This document shows, one piece after another, positions 17,066 through 27,069 of a stretch of DNA of 64,000 nt. The DNA is from Patescibacteria group bacterium. Lineage in GTDB: Bacteria > Patescibacteriota > Patescibacteriia > Patescibacteriales > GWC2-42-12. A program made the translations under genes and the position numbers. Below the pieces are notes generated by a model, which saw only the letters and a list, made by a program, of their open reading frames with translations, was not told where the DNA came from and ran no database searches. Positions within the stretch are counted from its first letter, which is position 1. Every line of letters begins with the position of its first letter. The stretch is from the NCBI GenBank assembly GCA_041662965.1, contig JBAZRI010000001.1, forward strand, positions 99,680 to 163,679, given 5' to 3'.

Positions 17066-17824
17066 ATGATTCCCAACAAAATCGTAACAATTTTCATCGG
17101 CGTTTTTTTAACGCTCGGTACAATTTATCTGGGTATTTTAAGCTGGAACGCGGTTAAGTCCCATGATTATATCGGCGTCAGTCCTAAAGAAAGCCATTCT
17201 TTTTATATTACCGGCGAAGGCAAGGTGACCGGCGTGCCTGACATAGCTAAAATTCAGCTGGGCTACAGCGTGGAAAAACCGACCGTGGCCGCGGCGCAAA
17301 AAGATAACAGCGATAAAATGAACGCCATGATAGACAAGCTGAAAAAAGATTTTCAAATTGACGTTAAAGACATCCAGACCGCCAATTATTATATTTCGCC
17401 ACAGTATGACTGGAATGACAGCAAACAAACTTTAAGGAGCTATTTAGTCAGCCAGAGTTTAAATGTTAAATTAAGGCAGATGGATAAAGTTTCCAAAATC
17501 ATTGAAGCCGCCGGTTCAATCGGCTTAAACCAGGTTGGCAATCTAAGCTTTGAGATTGATAATCCGGAAAAATTAAAGCAAGAAGCCCGCGAGAAAGCTT
17601 TGGCGCAGGCCAAAGAAAAAGCCGAAGCTTTGGCTAAGGTGGTCGGCGTTAAACTGGGTAAAGTCATTTCTTTCAGCGAATCAGCCAACGACAGCCAGCC
17701 GGTGCCGCTCTACGCCATGGATAAAGCGGCGGCAGGCATGGGCGGCGGCGGAACCGCGCCCGCGGTTGAAGCCGGCAGCAATGAGATCACGATATTCGCT
17801 ACGGTGCAGTATGAGATATTATAA
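17066..17824 (+). CDS. SIMPL domain (DUF541) protein
   Basis: N-terminal TM, then ITGEGKVTGVPDIAKIQLG...LRSYLVSQSLNVKL...NLSFEIDNPEKLKQEAREKALAQAKEKAEALA, typical of SIMPL / 26-kDa periplasmic immunogenic proteins. Confidence 0.8.
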   Translation: MIPNKIVTIFIGVFLTLGTIYLGILSWNAVKSHDYIGVSPKESHSFYITGEGKVTGVPDIAKIQLGYSVEKPTVAAAQKDNSDKMNAMIDKLKKDFQIDVKDIQTANYYISPQYDWNDSKQTLRSYLVSQSLNVKLRQMDKVSKIIEAAGSIGLNQVGNLSFEIDNPEKLKQEAREKALAQAKEKAEALAKVVGVKLGKVISFSESANDSQPVPLYAMDKAAAGMGGGGTAPAVEAGSNEITIFATVQYEIL

Positions 17825-17826
17825 AC

Positions 17827-17935
17827 CTTTAAAAACTTTTTTTAAAAAAGTTTTTAATATTTTCAAAAAATATAAGGTATCAAATAAAAATTTTATAGCG
17901 TGCAAAGCCCTACGGCCATAAAATTTTTATTTGAT
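17827..17935. repeat. Family C intergenic element, copy 2
   Basis: Aligns along its full length with 11014-11158 once the nested inserts are removed. Confidence 0.8.
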
Positions 17936-17947
17936 TACAAATGATGT

Positions 17948-19207
17948 ATGCCTAAAATAAAAAAAATTACGGCCCGCGAAATTTTGGATTCGCGCGGCAA
18001 TCCGACGGTGGAAACTTGCGTCTGGCTGGATAATGGCGCGCGCCTTAAGGCTAGCGTGCCTTCGGGCGCTTCTACGGGCGCGCATGAAGCCGTGGAATTG
18101 CGCGACGGCGATAAGGCCAGATACGGCGGACTGGGAGTTTTAGACGCGGTTAAAAATGTTGAGCAGAAAATCGCGCCGAAATTAATCGGCCTGGAAGCCG
18201 GCGATCAGGAAAAAATTGATGATTTAATGGTAAAGCTGGACGGCACGGAAAATAAAAGCAAGCTGGGCGCTAACGCTATTTTATCCGTATCGCTGGCTTG
18301 CGCTCGCGCCGGCGCTTTGGCTTTGGACGTTGAGTTATATGAATATATAAGCAAAAGCTATGCCTTAGGCATAACACGCTATACTCTGCCCACGCCTTGC
18401 TTTAACATTTTTAACGGCGGCAAGCACGCGGATACTAATTTGGATTTTCAGGAGTTTATGATTATTCCGGTTTTGGACGCCAGCTTTAAGGAAAAGGTCA
18501 GAATCGGCGCGGAAATTTTTCACTCTTTGGGCCAGGTTTTAAAAAGGGCCGGTTTTGACACTGACGTCGGCAACGAAGGCGGCTACGCGCCTGACATAGT
18601 TTCTTCCATCCAGGCCATTGAATTAATCATGGCCGCGGCCCTAAAAGCCGGGTTTAAGCCGGGAAGCCAAATCGCTTTGGGCGTAGACGTCGGCTCGTCC
18701 CAGCTTTATAACAAAGCTGACGGCAAATATATTTTTAAATTAGACCGAGCCAGCTTTACCGCGGCTACCTTAACCGGCTTGTATTACGAGTGGTTCAGAA
18801 AATATCCGATTATTTACATTGAAGACGGTTTGGCCGAAGATGATTGGGCCGGCTGGCGGGAGTTAAATAAAGAGCTGGGATCAAACGTTATGCTGGTCGG
18901 CGATGATTTGTTCGTAACCAATCTTGAGCGTTTAAGGCAAGGGCTAAAAGAGCGCGCGGCCAACGCTATTTTAATCAAGCCCAATCAGGTCGGAACTTTA
19001 ACTGAAACCATTAATTGCGTTAAGCTGGCTAAAAAACATAATTATAAAATCATCGTCTCCCATAGAAGCGGCGAAACCACGGATGACTTTATCGCTGATT
19101 TGGCCGTGGCGGCCGGCGCTGATTATATTAAAGCCGGCTCGCTCGCTCGTGGCGAAAGAGTGGCGAAATACAATCGGCTGATGGAAATTGAAGATGGATT
19201 AAAATGA
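17948..19207 (+). CDS. eno: Enolase
   Basis: ITAREILDSRGNPTVE, SGASTGAHEAVELRDGD, VGDDLFVTN and IKPNQVGTLTET. Confidence 0.95.
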   Translation: MPKIKKITAREILDSRGNPTVETCVWLDNGARLKASVPSGASTGAHEAVELRDGDKARYGGLGVLDAVKNVEQKIAPKLIGLEAGDQEKIDDLMVKLDGTENKSKLGANAILSVSLACARAGALALDVELYEYISKSYALGITRYTLPTPCFNIFNGGKHADTNLDFQEFMIIPVLDASFKEKVRIGAEIFHSLGQVLKRAGFDTDVGNEGGYAPDIVSSIQAIELIMAAALKAGFKPGSQIALGVDVGSSQLYNKADGKYIFKLDRASFTAATLTGLYYEWFRKYPIIYIEDGLAEDDWAGWRELNKELGSNVMLVGDDLFVTNLERLRQGLKERAANAILIKPNQVGTLTETINCVKLAKKHNYKIIVSHRSGETTDDFIADLAVAAGADYIKAGSLARGERVAKYNRLMEIEDGLK

Positions 19208-19224
19208 CAAATAAATTCTATAAT

Positions 19225-19373
19225 TGTCATTGCGAGAAGCCCTGTACTCAGGGCGACGAAGCAATCTAACGTACTATTTATTATAATTACAGATTGTTTC
19301 TGCAATAAAGATTTATTTTATTTAAACTGTTTGTGAGATTGCTTCACCCCGAGTACGGGGTTCGCAATGACAG
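19225..19373. repeat. Inverted pair of family A repeats flanking ~65 bp of AT-rich DNA (MITE-like)
   Basis: tgtcattgcgagaagccctgtactcagggcgacgaagcaatct (19225-19267) and gtgagattgcttcaccccgagtacggggttcgcaatgacag (19333-19373). Confidence 0.8.
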
Positions 19374-19387
19374 ATTTTACGTTTTTT

Positions 19388-20971
19388 ATGCCTAAACAAG
19401 AAAAATCAGATAAACCGTTAAAAAATATCCTGCCCATGATTCTCGTCATCCTTGACGGCTGGGGCCTGGCCGCGGCGAATAAAGGCAATGCTATTTTTTT
19501 ATCTAAAACTCCGACCATGGACGGCCTAATAAAGAAGTATCCGAATACCAAGATTTACGCCCATGGCAAATACGTCGGACTGCCCGGATTCCAATCAGGC
19601 AACAGCGAAGCCGGCCATATGAATATCGGCGCCGGACGCGTAGTTGAGCAGGACGCGGTTAAAATTTCCAAGAGCATTAATGACGGCACTTTTTTAAAGA
19701 ATGCCGGTTTTATTGAGGCAATCAGGCATGTTAAAAAAAATAAAAGCCGGCTCCATTTAATGGGCATGATTTCCAACGGCATGAGCGCGCATAGCGATCC
19801 GGATCATTTATTGGCCTTAATGTCTTTAGCCAGAGAAAAAGGCGTGGGAGAAGTTTATCTGCATTTGTTTACCGATGGCCGGGATTCGCCGAAATATGTT
19901 TCGTTAAAATTGATCGCGGATATTCAAAAAGCCTTTAAAAACGGCGAAGCCATCGCTACGGTTATGGGCAGATTTTACGCCATGGACAGAAAAAAGGCTT
20001 GGGAAAGGACTAAAGAAGCTTATGATGCCCTGGTTGACGGCGCGGGCAGAAAAGCCGAAAGCGCCCAGGCGGCCATAACCGAGAGCTATAACAGGGGCGA
20101 AAGCGATGAGTTTGTTGAACCGTATATTATTATGAAAGACGGCCGGCCTTTGCCGAGGATAGCTTCGGGCGATAGCGTGATATTTTTTAATTTAAGGTCC
20201 GACCGGGCCAGGCAGTTAGCCAAATTTTTTGTGCAAAAAGACCTTTGCGAGCTTAATAAGTCCTGCTTTACCAGAAAAAAATTTCTTAAGGATTTATTGT
20301 TTGTGGCCATGACTGATTTTGGGCCGGATTTAGACAGCATTTTAACCGCTTTCCCGTCGGCTGATTTAAAAAAGACTTTGCCGATGCAGCTTAAGGATTT
20401 AAGGCAGCTGTATATCGCGGAAACGGAAAAATACGCCCATGTGACTTATTTTTTTAATGGCGGCTTTGCCGATCCGGTTAACGGCGAAGCCAGGCGGGTT
20501 ATTCCTTCGCCTGACGTAAAATCATATGATGCCACCCCGGCCATGAGTTCAAACGGCTTGACTAAAGAGATATTGGATAATTTAGCTAAAAAAAAGTACG
20601 ATTTTACGGTTTTGAATTTTGCTGCGCCGGATATGATCGGCCATACGGGTAATTTATCCGCCGGCATAGAATGCTGCCATGAGGTTGATAAATGTTTGGG
20701 AGAAATCGTGAAAGCTTATTTACGAGCGAGCGGCACTATTCTTATAACCGCGGATCATGGCAATATTGAAGAGATGGTTAATTTAAAAACTGGAGAAATA
20801 GATACCGAGCATTCAAGCAACCAAGTGCCGTTTATAGCGGTAAATAAAAATATGGCCGCTAAGGCTAAATTAAGAAGCAACGGAGTCTTGGCCGATGTCG
20901 CGCCGACAATATTAAAATTACTGGGTTTTGATCAGCCGGAAGAAATGACCGGACAGAGCTTAATAAAATAA
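19388..20971 (+). CDS. gpmI: 2,3-bisphosphoglycerate-independent phosphoglycerate mutase, copy 1
   Basis: LDGWG, GNSEAGHMNIGAGR, FTDGRDSP, ETEKYAHVTYFFNGG, PDMIGHTGN, TADHGN and TEHS. The track start at 19367 lies inside a repeat, so ATG 19388 is preferred. Confidence 0.9.
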   Translation: MPKQEKSDKPLKNILPMILVILDGWGLAAANKGNAIFLSKTPTMDGLIKKYPNTKIYAHGKYVGLPGFQSGNSEAGHMNIGAGRVVEQDAVKISKSINDGTFLKNAGFIEAIRHVKKNKSRLHLMGMISNGMSAHSDPDHLLALMSLAREKGVGEVYLHLFTDGRDSPKYVSLKLIADIQKAFKNGEAIATVMGRFYAMDRKKAWERTKEAYDALVDGAGRKAESAQAAITESYNRGESDEFVEPYIIMKDGRPLPRIASGDSVIFFNLRSDRARQLAKFFVQKDLCELNKSCFTRKKFLKDLLFVAMTDFGPDLDSILTAFPSADLKKTLPMQLKDLRQLYIAETEKYAHVTYFFNGGFADPVNGEARRVIPSPDVKSYDATPAMSSNGLTKEILDNLAKKKYDFTVLNFAAPDMIGHTGNLSAGIECCHEVDKCLGEIVKAYLRASGTILITADHGNIEEMVNLKTGEIDTEHSSNQVPFIAVNKNMAAKAKLRSNGVLADVAPTILKLLGFDQPEEMTGQSLIK

Positions 20972-20993
20972 TTTTCAATTTCAAAAAACATTT

Positions 20994-22583
20994 ATGGCAG
21001 AAAAAAAACAACAAGCGCGACCTAAACCGGTAGTTTTAATGGTTCTTGACGGCTGGGGCATAGCTAATCCCTATACCGGCAACGCTATCAGCCAAGCCAA
21101 TACACCAAATATAAAAAGTTACATCGCTAAGTATCCGGCCATGGCTTTAGTGGCTTCCGGCGAAGGAGTCGGTTTGCCATGGGGAGAGTCGGGCAATAGC
21201 GAAGTCGGCCATTTGAATTTAGGCTTAGGCAGAATTTTATACCAGAATCTTCCCAGGATCAATAAAGCTATCGCCGACCGCAATTTTTATAAAAATAAAA
21301 TTTTACTCAAGGCGATTGATCATGTTAAAAATAATAAATCAAAATTGCATTTTCTCGGCTTGGCTTCCAACGGCTGCGTTCATTCTTCGCTGGAGCATCT
21401 TCAGGCTTTAATCGCTTTAGCGGCGGAAAAGCAAGTTAATGAATTTTATGTTCATGCGATTTTAGACGGCAGAGACACGCAGTTTAATTCCGGTTTGAAT
21501 TTTATTAAAGAAGTGGAGGCGTCTCTAGCCGGAACTAAAGGCAAAATCGCTTCTCTCCATGGCCGGTTTTACGCTATGGATCGGGATAATCACTGGGATA
21601 GGACGATTAAATCGTATGAAGCTATGGCGCTAGGCGCGGGTGAAAAAAGCGAGTCGGCGGAGAAAGCGGTTGAAGCCAGTTATGAAAAAAAGATATATGA
21701 CGAGGAGTTTATGCCGACGGTCATAACCGCGGACGGCAAGCCGCTGGCTAAAATTGAAGACGGCGACGCGGTAATATTTTTTAATTACCGCCCTGACCGG
21801 GCGCGAGCGCTTACCAAAGCTTTTGTTTTGCCGGGCTTTGAAAAGTTTAAGCGTAAAAAATATTTGAATATTCTTTTCGCCACCTTCGCCGAATATGAAA
21901 AAAATTTGCCGGTGGAAGTGGTTTTCCCTCCGGAAGTTTTAAAAAATACTTTGGGCGAAGTTTTGTCCGGCGCCGGCTTAAAGCAGCTGCGGATCGCGGA
22001 AACGGAAAAATACGCCCACGTGACTTATTTTTTTAACGGCGGCCGCGAAACAAAGTCCGAAGGCGAGGACCAGATATTGGTTCCGTCCCCGGCCGTGCCG
22101 AGCTATGACCTTAAGCCGGAGATGTCGGCTTTGGAAGTGACCGATAAAGTGATTAAGGCGATTGAAGAGGACAATTACGATTTTATTTTATTGAATTTCG
22201 CCAATACCGACATGGTAGGGCATACGGGCAATTTAAACGCGACTATCAAGGCGGTTGAGGCGGTTGATAAATGCGTCGGCAAAATTGTTAATACGGTTTT
22301 AGGCAAAAGCGGCTTGTTGTTTATTACGGCTGATCATGGCAATGCTGAAGGACTGTTTAATATGCAAACCGGGCAAATTGATAAAGAGCATTCGGCCAAT
22401 CCGGTGCCGTTTTTGATTATCGGCAAAGATTACGAAGGTAAAAGCTTGTCTTTGCCCGACGCGCCCGGCGGCGATTTAAGCCTGCTTCAGCCCCAGGGCA
22501 TGCTGTCCGACGTGGCGCCGACGGTTCTTAAGGCCATGGGGTTGGAAAAACCAAGCGAGATGACAGGGAGAAGTTTAATATAA
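20994..22583 (+). CDS. gpmI: 2,3-bisphosphoglycerate-independent phosphoglycerate mutase, copy 2 (divergent tandem paralog)
   Basis: LDGWG, GNSEVGHLNLGLGR, LDGRDT, ETEKYAHVTYFFNGG, TDMVGHTGN, TADHGN and KEHS. All catalytic and metal motifs are present. Confidence 0.9.
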   Translation: MAEKKQQARPKPVVLMVLDGWGIANPYTGNAISQANTPNIKSYIAKYPAMALVASGEGVGLPWGESGNSEVGHLNLGLGRILYQNLPRINKAIADRNFYKNKILLKAIDHVKNNKSKLHFLGLASNGCVHSSLEHLQALIALAAEKQVNEFYVHAILDGRDTQFNSGLNFIKEVEASLAGTKGKIASLHGRFYAMDRDNHWDRTIKSYEAMALGAGEKSESAEKAVEASYEKKIYDEEFMPTVITADGKPLAKIEDGDAVIFFNYRPDRARALTKAFVLPGFEKFKRKKYLNILFATFAEYEKNLPVEVVFPPEVLKNTLGEVLSGAGLKQLRIAETEKYAHVTYFFNGGRETKSEGEDQILVPSPAVPSYDLKPEMSALEVTDKVIKAIEEDNYDFILLNFANTDMVGHTGNLNATIKAVEAVDKCVGKIVNTVLGKSGLLFITADHGNAEGLFNMQTGQIDKEHSANPVPFLIIGKDYEGKSLSLPDAPGGDLSLLQPQGMLSDVAPTVLKAMGLEKPSEMTGRSLI

Positions 22584-22588
22584 TTTTT

Positions 22589-23641
22589 ATGTCTATTTTA
22601 GTTATAAATTCCGGCTCAACCTCGGTTAAATATAAATTGTTCGCTGGCGATGAAACGGAAATTAAGCAGGGAGAAATCACCGGCGTTACCGATCATCAAG
22701 CGGCGTTAAAGCAAGTTTTAAGGGATGTCGGCGGGCTGCAGGATTTAGAGGCGGTCGGCCATCGGATAGTGCATGGCGGGCATAAATTTTTTAAACCGCT
22801 GGTAATAAACCAAGATAATTTTTTGGAATTAGAGCAGTTTAATAATCTGGCGCCTTTGCATAATCCTTATAATTTAGCCGGCATTAAAGCGGCGGTTGGA
22901 TATCTGCCGCAAATTAAGCAGGTGGCGGTTTTTGATACGGCTTTTTACGCTGATTTGCCGGAGATTTCCCGCCTTTACGCCCTGCCTAAAGAAATAAGCG
23001 AAAAATATAAAATTTATCGCTACGGCTTTCACGGCACTTCGCATAAATACGCTATGCAGGAAAGCGCTAAACTGCTTAAAACGGAAGTTAGTAAAATCAG
23101 TTTAATCAGCTGCCATTTGGGCGGCGGCTGGTCAATTACGGCCATAAAAAACGGCCGGCCGATTGACACTTCTATGGGCCTGACTCCGCTTGAGGGTTTA
23201 GTGATGATGACCAGGGCCGGAGATATTGACCCGGGAATAATTTTTAAGCTTTTGGAAGAAATGCCGGAAGAGATAAACCGGGATAAGCTAGCCATGGTTT
23301 ATGATTTATTGAATAAGCAGTCGGGCATCAAAGGCTTGTCCGGCGTTAATGATTTCCAGCAGTTGCTTAAAATGGTGTCGCTCGGCAGCCAAGAAGCTAA
23401 TCTGGCTTTTGATTTAGCTATTAACCGTTTAATAAAATATATCGGCGCTTACTGGACCGAGCTGGAAGGCAAAGCCCAGGCGATTGTTTTTACCGGGGCT
23501 ATAGGCGCCGGCAATCCGCTGACGCGCAACCAAGTGATGAAAAAAATAAAATGCTTGGGCAAATTGCCGATGCTGGCGGTTAAAACCAATGAGGAGCTGA
23601 TGATAATGAGAGAAGTAAAAGAATTGATTGGTAATCATTGA
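22589..23641 (+). CDS. ackA: Acetate kinase (short, about 350 aa)
   Basis: ILVINSGSTSVKYKLF, GHRIVHGG, LAPLHNP, VFDTAFY, YGFHGTSH and CHLGGGWSITAIKNGRPIDTSMG. Confidence 0.85.
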   Translation: MSILVINSGSTSVKYKLFAGDETEIKQGEITGVTDHQAALKQVLRDVGGLQDLEAVGHRIVHGGHKFFKPLVINQDNFLELEQFNNLAPLHNPYNLAGIKAAVGYLPQIKQVAVFDTAFYADLPEISRLYALPKEISEKYKIYRYGFHGTSHKYAMQESAKLLKTEVSKISLISCHLGGGWSITAIKNGRPIDTSMGLTPLEGLVMMTRAGDIDPGIIFKLLEEMPEEINRDKLAMVYDLLNKQSGIKGLSGVNDFQQLLKMVSLGSQEANLAFDLAINRLIKYIGAYWTELEGKAQAIVFTGAIGAGNPLTRNQVMKKIKCLGKLPMLAVKTNEELMIMREVKELIGNH

Positions 23642-23656
23642 TAATGGCAGTAGGCA

Positions 23657-23772
23657 AAGGTTTGGCTTTGTAATTTTTCTCGTTGCGGAACTCGCCCGAG
23701 ATTACTCGGGCTCAGACCTGCCTGCCGGCAGGCAGGCAGTCCTCACTTCAAAAAATGACAAAGCCAAACCTT
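23657..23772. repeat. Composite hairpin element E4
   Basis: The arms aaggtttggctttgtaattttt and aaaaaatgacaaagccaaacctt close the core. The core gaactcgcccgagattactcgggctcaga-[cctgcctgccggcaggcagg]-cagtcctcac has the palindrome at the second site. Confidence 0.8.
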
Positions 23773-23790
23773 GATGCATACACGATATTT

Positions 23791-25437
23791 ATGATAAAAA
23801 AATTATTCAGCGGTGAAATAAACAGCATTACCTTGGCCGCCTTGCTGGTCGGCGGGTCTTCTTTAGTTAGCCGCTTGCTGGGAATTTTTCGCGATCGTAT
23901 TTTGGCCGGGCAATTCGGCGCCGGCGATACCTTGGATATTTATTACGCCGCTTTCCGCATCCCGGATTTAATTTTTAATTTATTGGTTTTAGGCGCTTTG
24001 TCGGCCGGCTTTATCCCTATTTTTACCGCCTTGATTAAAAGCCCTTTGGAGAAAATAAAATCTTTGCTGGGAGGAGACGAACGTAAAGAAGCTTGGCAGT
24101 TGGCCAGTAATATTTTAAATATCCTGGGCCTCGGGCTTTTGCTTTTGTGCGGCTTGGGCGTGATTTTCGCGCCTGGGGTTATGCGCTTAATTACTCCGGG
24201 CTTTAGCCAAGAGAAAATGGATTTAACCGTAAGTCTATCCAGAATTATGTTTTTGTCGCCGATATTTTTAGGCATTTCCAGCGTTTTCGGCGGGATTCTG
24301 CAGTCGTTTAAAAGGTTTTTTGTCTATTCAATGTCGCCGATATTTTATAATATCGGCATAATCATCGGCGCGTTATATTTTGTTCCGCTTTGGGGGATCT
24401 ATGGTTTGGCCTGGGGCGTGGTTTTGGGCGCGGTTCTGCATATGGCGGTGCAGCTTCCGGCTTTGCTGGAGCTAGGTTTCAAATATAGTTTTAAATTTGA
24501 AATTAAAAATCCCAGGGTAATTAAAATTTGGCTGATGATGGTGCCGCGGACTATGAGTTTGGCTATTTCGCAGTTGAATCTCCTAGTTATTACCGTAATC
24601 GCCTCAACTTTAGCCTCGGGGTCGCTCGCGGTTTTTAATTTTGCCAATAATCTGCAGTCTTTTCCCGTGGGTATTTTCGGCATTTCTTTCGCCATAGCCG
24701 CTTTTCCCGCCTTAGCGGCTTCGGCTTTTGATAAAAAGAATTTAGTCAAAGATTTGTCTTTGACGGTCAGGCAGATATTATTTTTTATCATTCCGTCAAC
24801 GGTTATTTTATTGGCTTTGCGCGCGCAAATTATCAGGGTTATTTTAGGCACCGGCAAGTTTGACTGGCAGGATACGCTTTTAACTATTGATACTTTGGGT
24901 TTTTTCGCCATATCGCTTTTCGCCCAAGCCTTGATTCCGCTGTTAATCCGCGTTTTTTACGCGCGCCATGATTCTAAAACGCCTTTTTTTATCGGCTTCG
25001 GGTCGGCTTTGATTAATATTTTTCTCTCATTTAGATTTTCACAAAGCCTGGGCGTGGCCGGATTGGCTTTGGCTTTTTCCATAAGCAATGTATTAAATTT
25101 AATCTTGCTTTGGGCTTGGCTGAATCTTGAAATAGGCAGGATTGATGAGCTGAAAATTCTTATTTCAACAGTAAAATTTTCTTTAGCCGCTTTGGCCGCC
25201 GGCTTAGCGGTTCAGGGGGCTAAATTGGCGATCGGCAGCAAAATAGATTTGGATCGGTTTTGGGAAGTCGCGGTTCAAGGCTTGGCCGCCGGCTTGGCCG
25301 GACTGCTGGTTTATGTTTTGGTCTGCTATATTTTAAAAAGCGAAGAATTATTTAATTTTTGGTCGTCCTTAAAGCGCCGCCTGGCTGGCATTAAAAAAAT
25401 TGAAACTCCCGACCGGGGAGAAGCGCGGGGAATCTAA
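23791..25437 (+). CDS. murJ: Lipid II flippase MurJ
   Basis: SRLLGIFRDRILAGQFGAGDTLDIYYAAFRIPDLIFNL plus about 14 TMs. The track start at 23683 translates a repeat element (CLPAGRQ), so ATG 23791 is preferred. Confidence 0.85.
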   Translation: MIKKLFSGEINSITLAALLVGGSSLVSRLLGIFRDRILAGQFGAGDTLDIYYAAFRIPDLIFNLLVLGALSAGFIPIFTALIKSPLEKIKSLLGGDERKEAWQLASNILNILGLGLLLLCGLGVIFAPGVMRLITPGFSQEKMDLTVSLSRIMFLSPIFLGISSVFGGILQSFKRFFVYSMSPIFYNIGIIIGALYFVPLWGIYGLAWGVVLGAVLHMAVQLPALLELGFKYSFKFEIKNPRVIKIWLMMVPRTMSLAISQLNLLVITVIASTLASGSLAVFNFANNLQSFPVGIFGISFAIAAFPALAASAFDKKNLVKDLSLTVRQILFFIIPSTVILLALRAQIIRVILGTGKFDWQDTLLTIDTLGFFAISLFAQALIPLLIRVFYARHDSKTPFFIGFGSALINIFLSFRFSQSLGVAGLALAFSISNVLNLILLWAWLNLEIGRIDELKILISTVKFSLAALAAGLAVQGAKLAIGSKIDLDRFWEVAVQGLAAGLAGLLVYVLVCYILKSEELFNFWSSLKRRLAGIKKIETPDRGEARGI

Positions 25438-25444
25438 AAATTAG

Positions 25445-25472
25445 TTGACAATTTATTTTAATCGCATATAAT
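25445..25472 (+). promoter_or_regulatory. Near-consensus sigma70-type promoter (TTGACA-16 nt-TATAAT)
   Basis: TTGACA at 25445-25450 and TATAAT at 25467-25472, about 85 nt upstream of the ATP-grasp gene. Confidence 0.55.
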
Positions 25473-25556
25473 TAAAGGCAGAGAATTAAAATTTTATCAA
25501 ACGGGCGATTTTCGCGGAAAATATTTTTTATTTTTTTTATTCAACATATTCCATTT

Positions 25557-26936
25557 ATGTCAAACGATAAAAAACCGACCAACGGCGAAAACGGCAATCA
25601 TAAAAAAAACAACGGGGAAAGCCATGAATTAATTCCTAAAACCGTTGAGCCGAAAAAATTTTTGTTTGTTTCGCTGGAAAGCTTAAGCGGCGATTTGGCT
25701 TGGAGCTTGGTTAAAGAGGGGCATTCGGTTAAAGCTTATATTAAAGCTAAAAGCGATGCTGACGTTTACGACGGCTTTGTGGAAAAAGTTGATTCTTGGG
25801 AAGCTTATAAAGACTGGGCGGATGTCATATTGTTTGACGACGTCGGCTTCGGGCCGATCGCCGAGAGATTAAGGAAGCAGGGCAAATTAGTCATCGGCGG
25901 CAGCGCCTATACGGACAGATTGGAAATAGACCGCGAATTCGGCCAGGCCGAGATGAAAAGCCACGGCATTAATATCTTGCCCAGCTGGCAGTTTAATAAT
26001 TACGCCGAAGCCATTGAATTTATAAAAGCCAATCCCGCCCGCTATGTTTTTAAGCCTTCGGGCAATACGCCTTCCGGCGGCAAAGGCTTGTTATTTTTAG
26101 GCCAGGAAGAAGACGGTAAAGACTTGCTGGAGCTTTTAGAGCAGAATAAAGACGTTTGGCAGAAAAAAGCGCCTCTGTTTTTACTGCAAAAATATATTAC
26201 GGGCGTGGAAGTGGCCGTGGGCGCTTATTTTAACGGCCATGATTTTATTTATCCGATTAACGTGAATTTTGAGCATAAAAGGATTTACCCGGGCAACATC
26301 GGCCCGTTCGCCGGCGAGATGGGAACTTTAATGTATTGGAGCTCGCCCAATAATTTGTTCCGCGCCACTTTGGAAAAAATGCTGCCAGCTCTGAAAGAGT
26401 CCGGCTATGTCGGCTATGTTGATATAAATTGCATTGTTAACGGCCGGGGAATTTACCCTTTGGAGTTTACTACCAGATTCGGCTATCCGACGATTCAGAT
26501 TCAACTGGAAGGAATCTTAAATCCGACCGGCGAATGGCTGTATAAAATGGCTAAAGGCGAAGATTTTGAATTAAAGACCAAGCGCGGCTTCCAGATCGGC
26601 GTCAGAATTTTAGTGGAATCTTATTTTTCCAAAGACGATGGCTCTGATATCGTGGATTTATATCATGACCTGGCGATATCTTTTAAAAATCATCATAATC
26701 TTGAAGGCTTGCATATTGAAGACATTAAAAATGATAAGGGAATTTGGCGGGTAGCCGGAGTCTCCGGCTGCTTATTGGTGATAACCGGCAGCGGCACGAC
26801 CGTGGAAGACGCCCGCCATTTGGTTTATGGCCGGGTAAAAAATATAATTATTCCCAATATGATCTACCGCACCGATATCGGCTCGCGCTGGGCCGTGGAT
26901 TCTGACCGCCTGCATACTTGGGAATATTTGAGATAA
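25557..26936 (+). CDS. ATP-grasp protein, PurD-like (phosphoribosylamine-glycine ligase family)
   Basis: The overall order resembles PurD: an N-terminal Rossmann-like part, RLEIDREFGQAEMKSHGINILP, YVFKPSG, LLQKYITGVEVAVGAYFNG and FEHKRIYPGNIGPFAGEMG. No other pur genes lie nearby. Confidence 0.5.
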   Translation: MSNDKKPTNGENGNHKKNNGESHELIPKTVEPKKFLFVSLESLSGDLAWSLVKEGHSVKAYIKAKSDADVYDGFVEKVDSWEAYKDWADVILFDDVGFGPIAERLRKQGKLVIGGSAYTDRLEIDREFGQAEMKSHGINILPSWQFNNYAEAIEFIKANPARYVFKPSGNTPSGGKGLLFLGQEEDGKDLLELLEQNKDVWQKKAPLFLLQKYITGVEVAVGAYFNGHDFIYPINVNFEHKRIYPGNIGPFAGEMGTLMYWSSPNNLFRATLEKMLPALKESGYVGYVDINCIVNGRGIYPLEFTTRFGYPTIQIQLEGILNPTGEWLYKMAKGEDFELKTKRGFQIGVRILVESYFSKDDGSDIVDLYHDLAISFKNHHNLEGLHIEDIKNDKGIWRVAGVSGCLLVITGSGTTVEDARHLVYGRVKNIIIPNMIYRTDIGSRWAVDSDRLHTWEYLR

Positions 26937-26959
26937 TTTTTATTTTTTCAATAATAATT

Positions 26960-26995
26960 AACAAGAACTGATTATAGCTGGTTCTTGTTTTTATT
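26960..26995 (+). terminator. Intrinsic terminator
   Basis: Stem aacaagaac / gttcttgtt followed by a T-run. Confidence 0.6.
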
Positions 26996-27069
26996 TGACC
27001 AAACAGCAAAAAACTAGTAGGATTGAGAGTGTAGACGCAGGTTTTTAACCTGTTTTTGTATAATAAATT

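Noticed and set aside
21001-21008. A8 homopolymer at codons 3-5 of gpmI-2, considered as a possible phase-variation tract.
   Set aside because: The tract is short, such runs are common in this AT-leaning genome, and there is no evidence of length variation from a single sequence.
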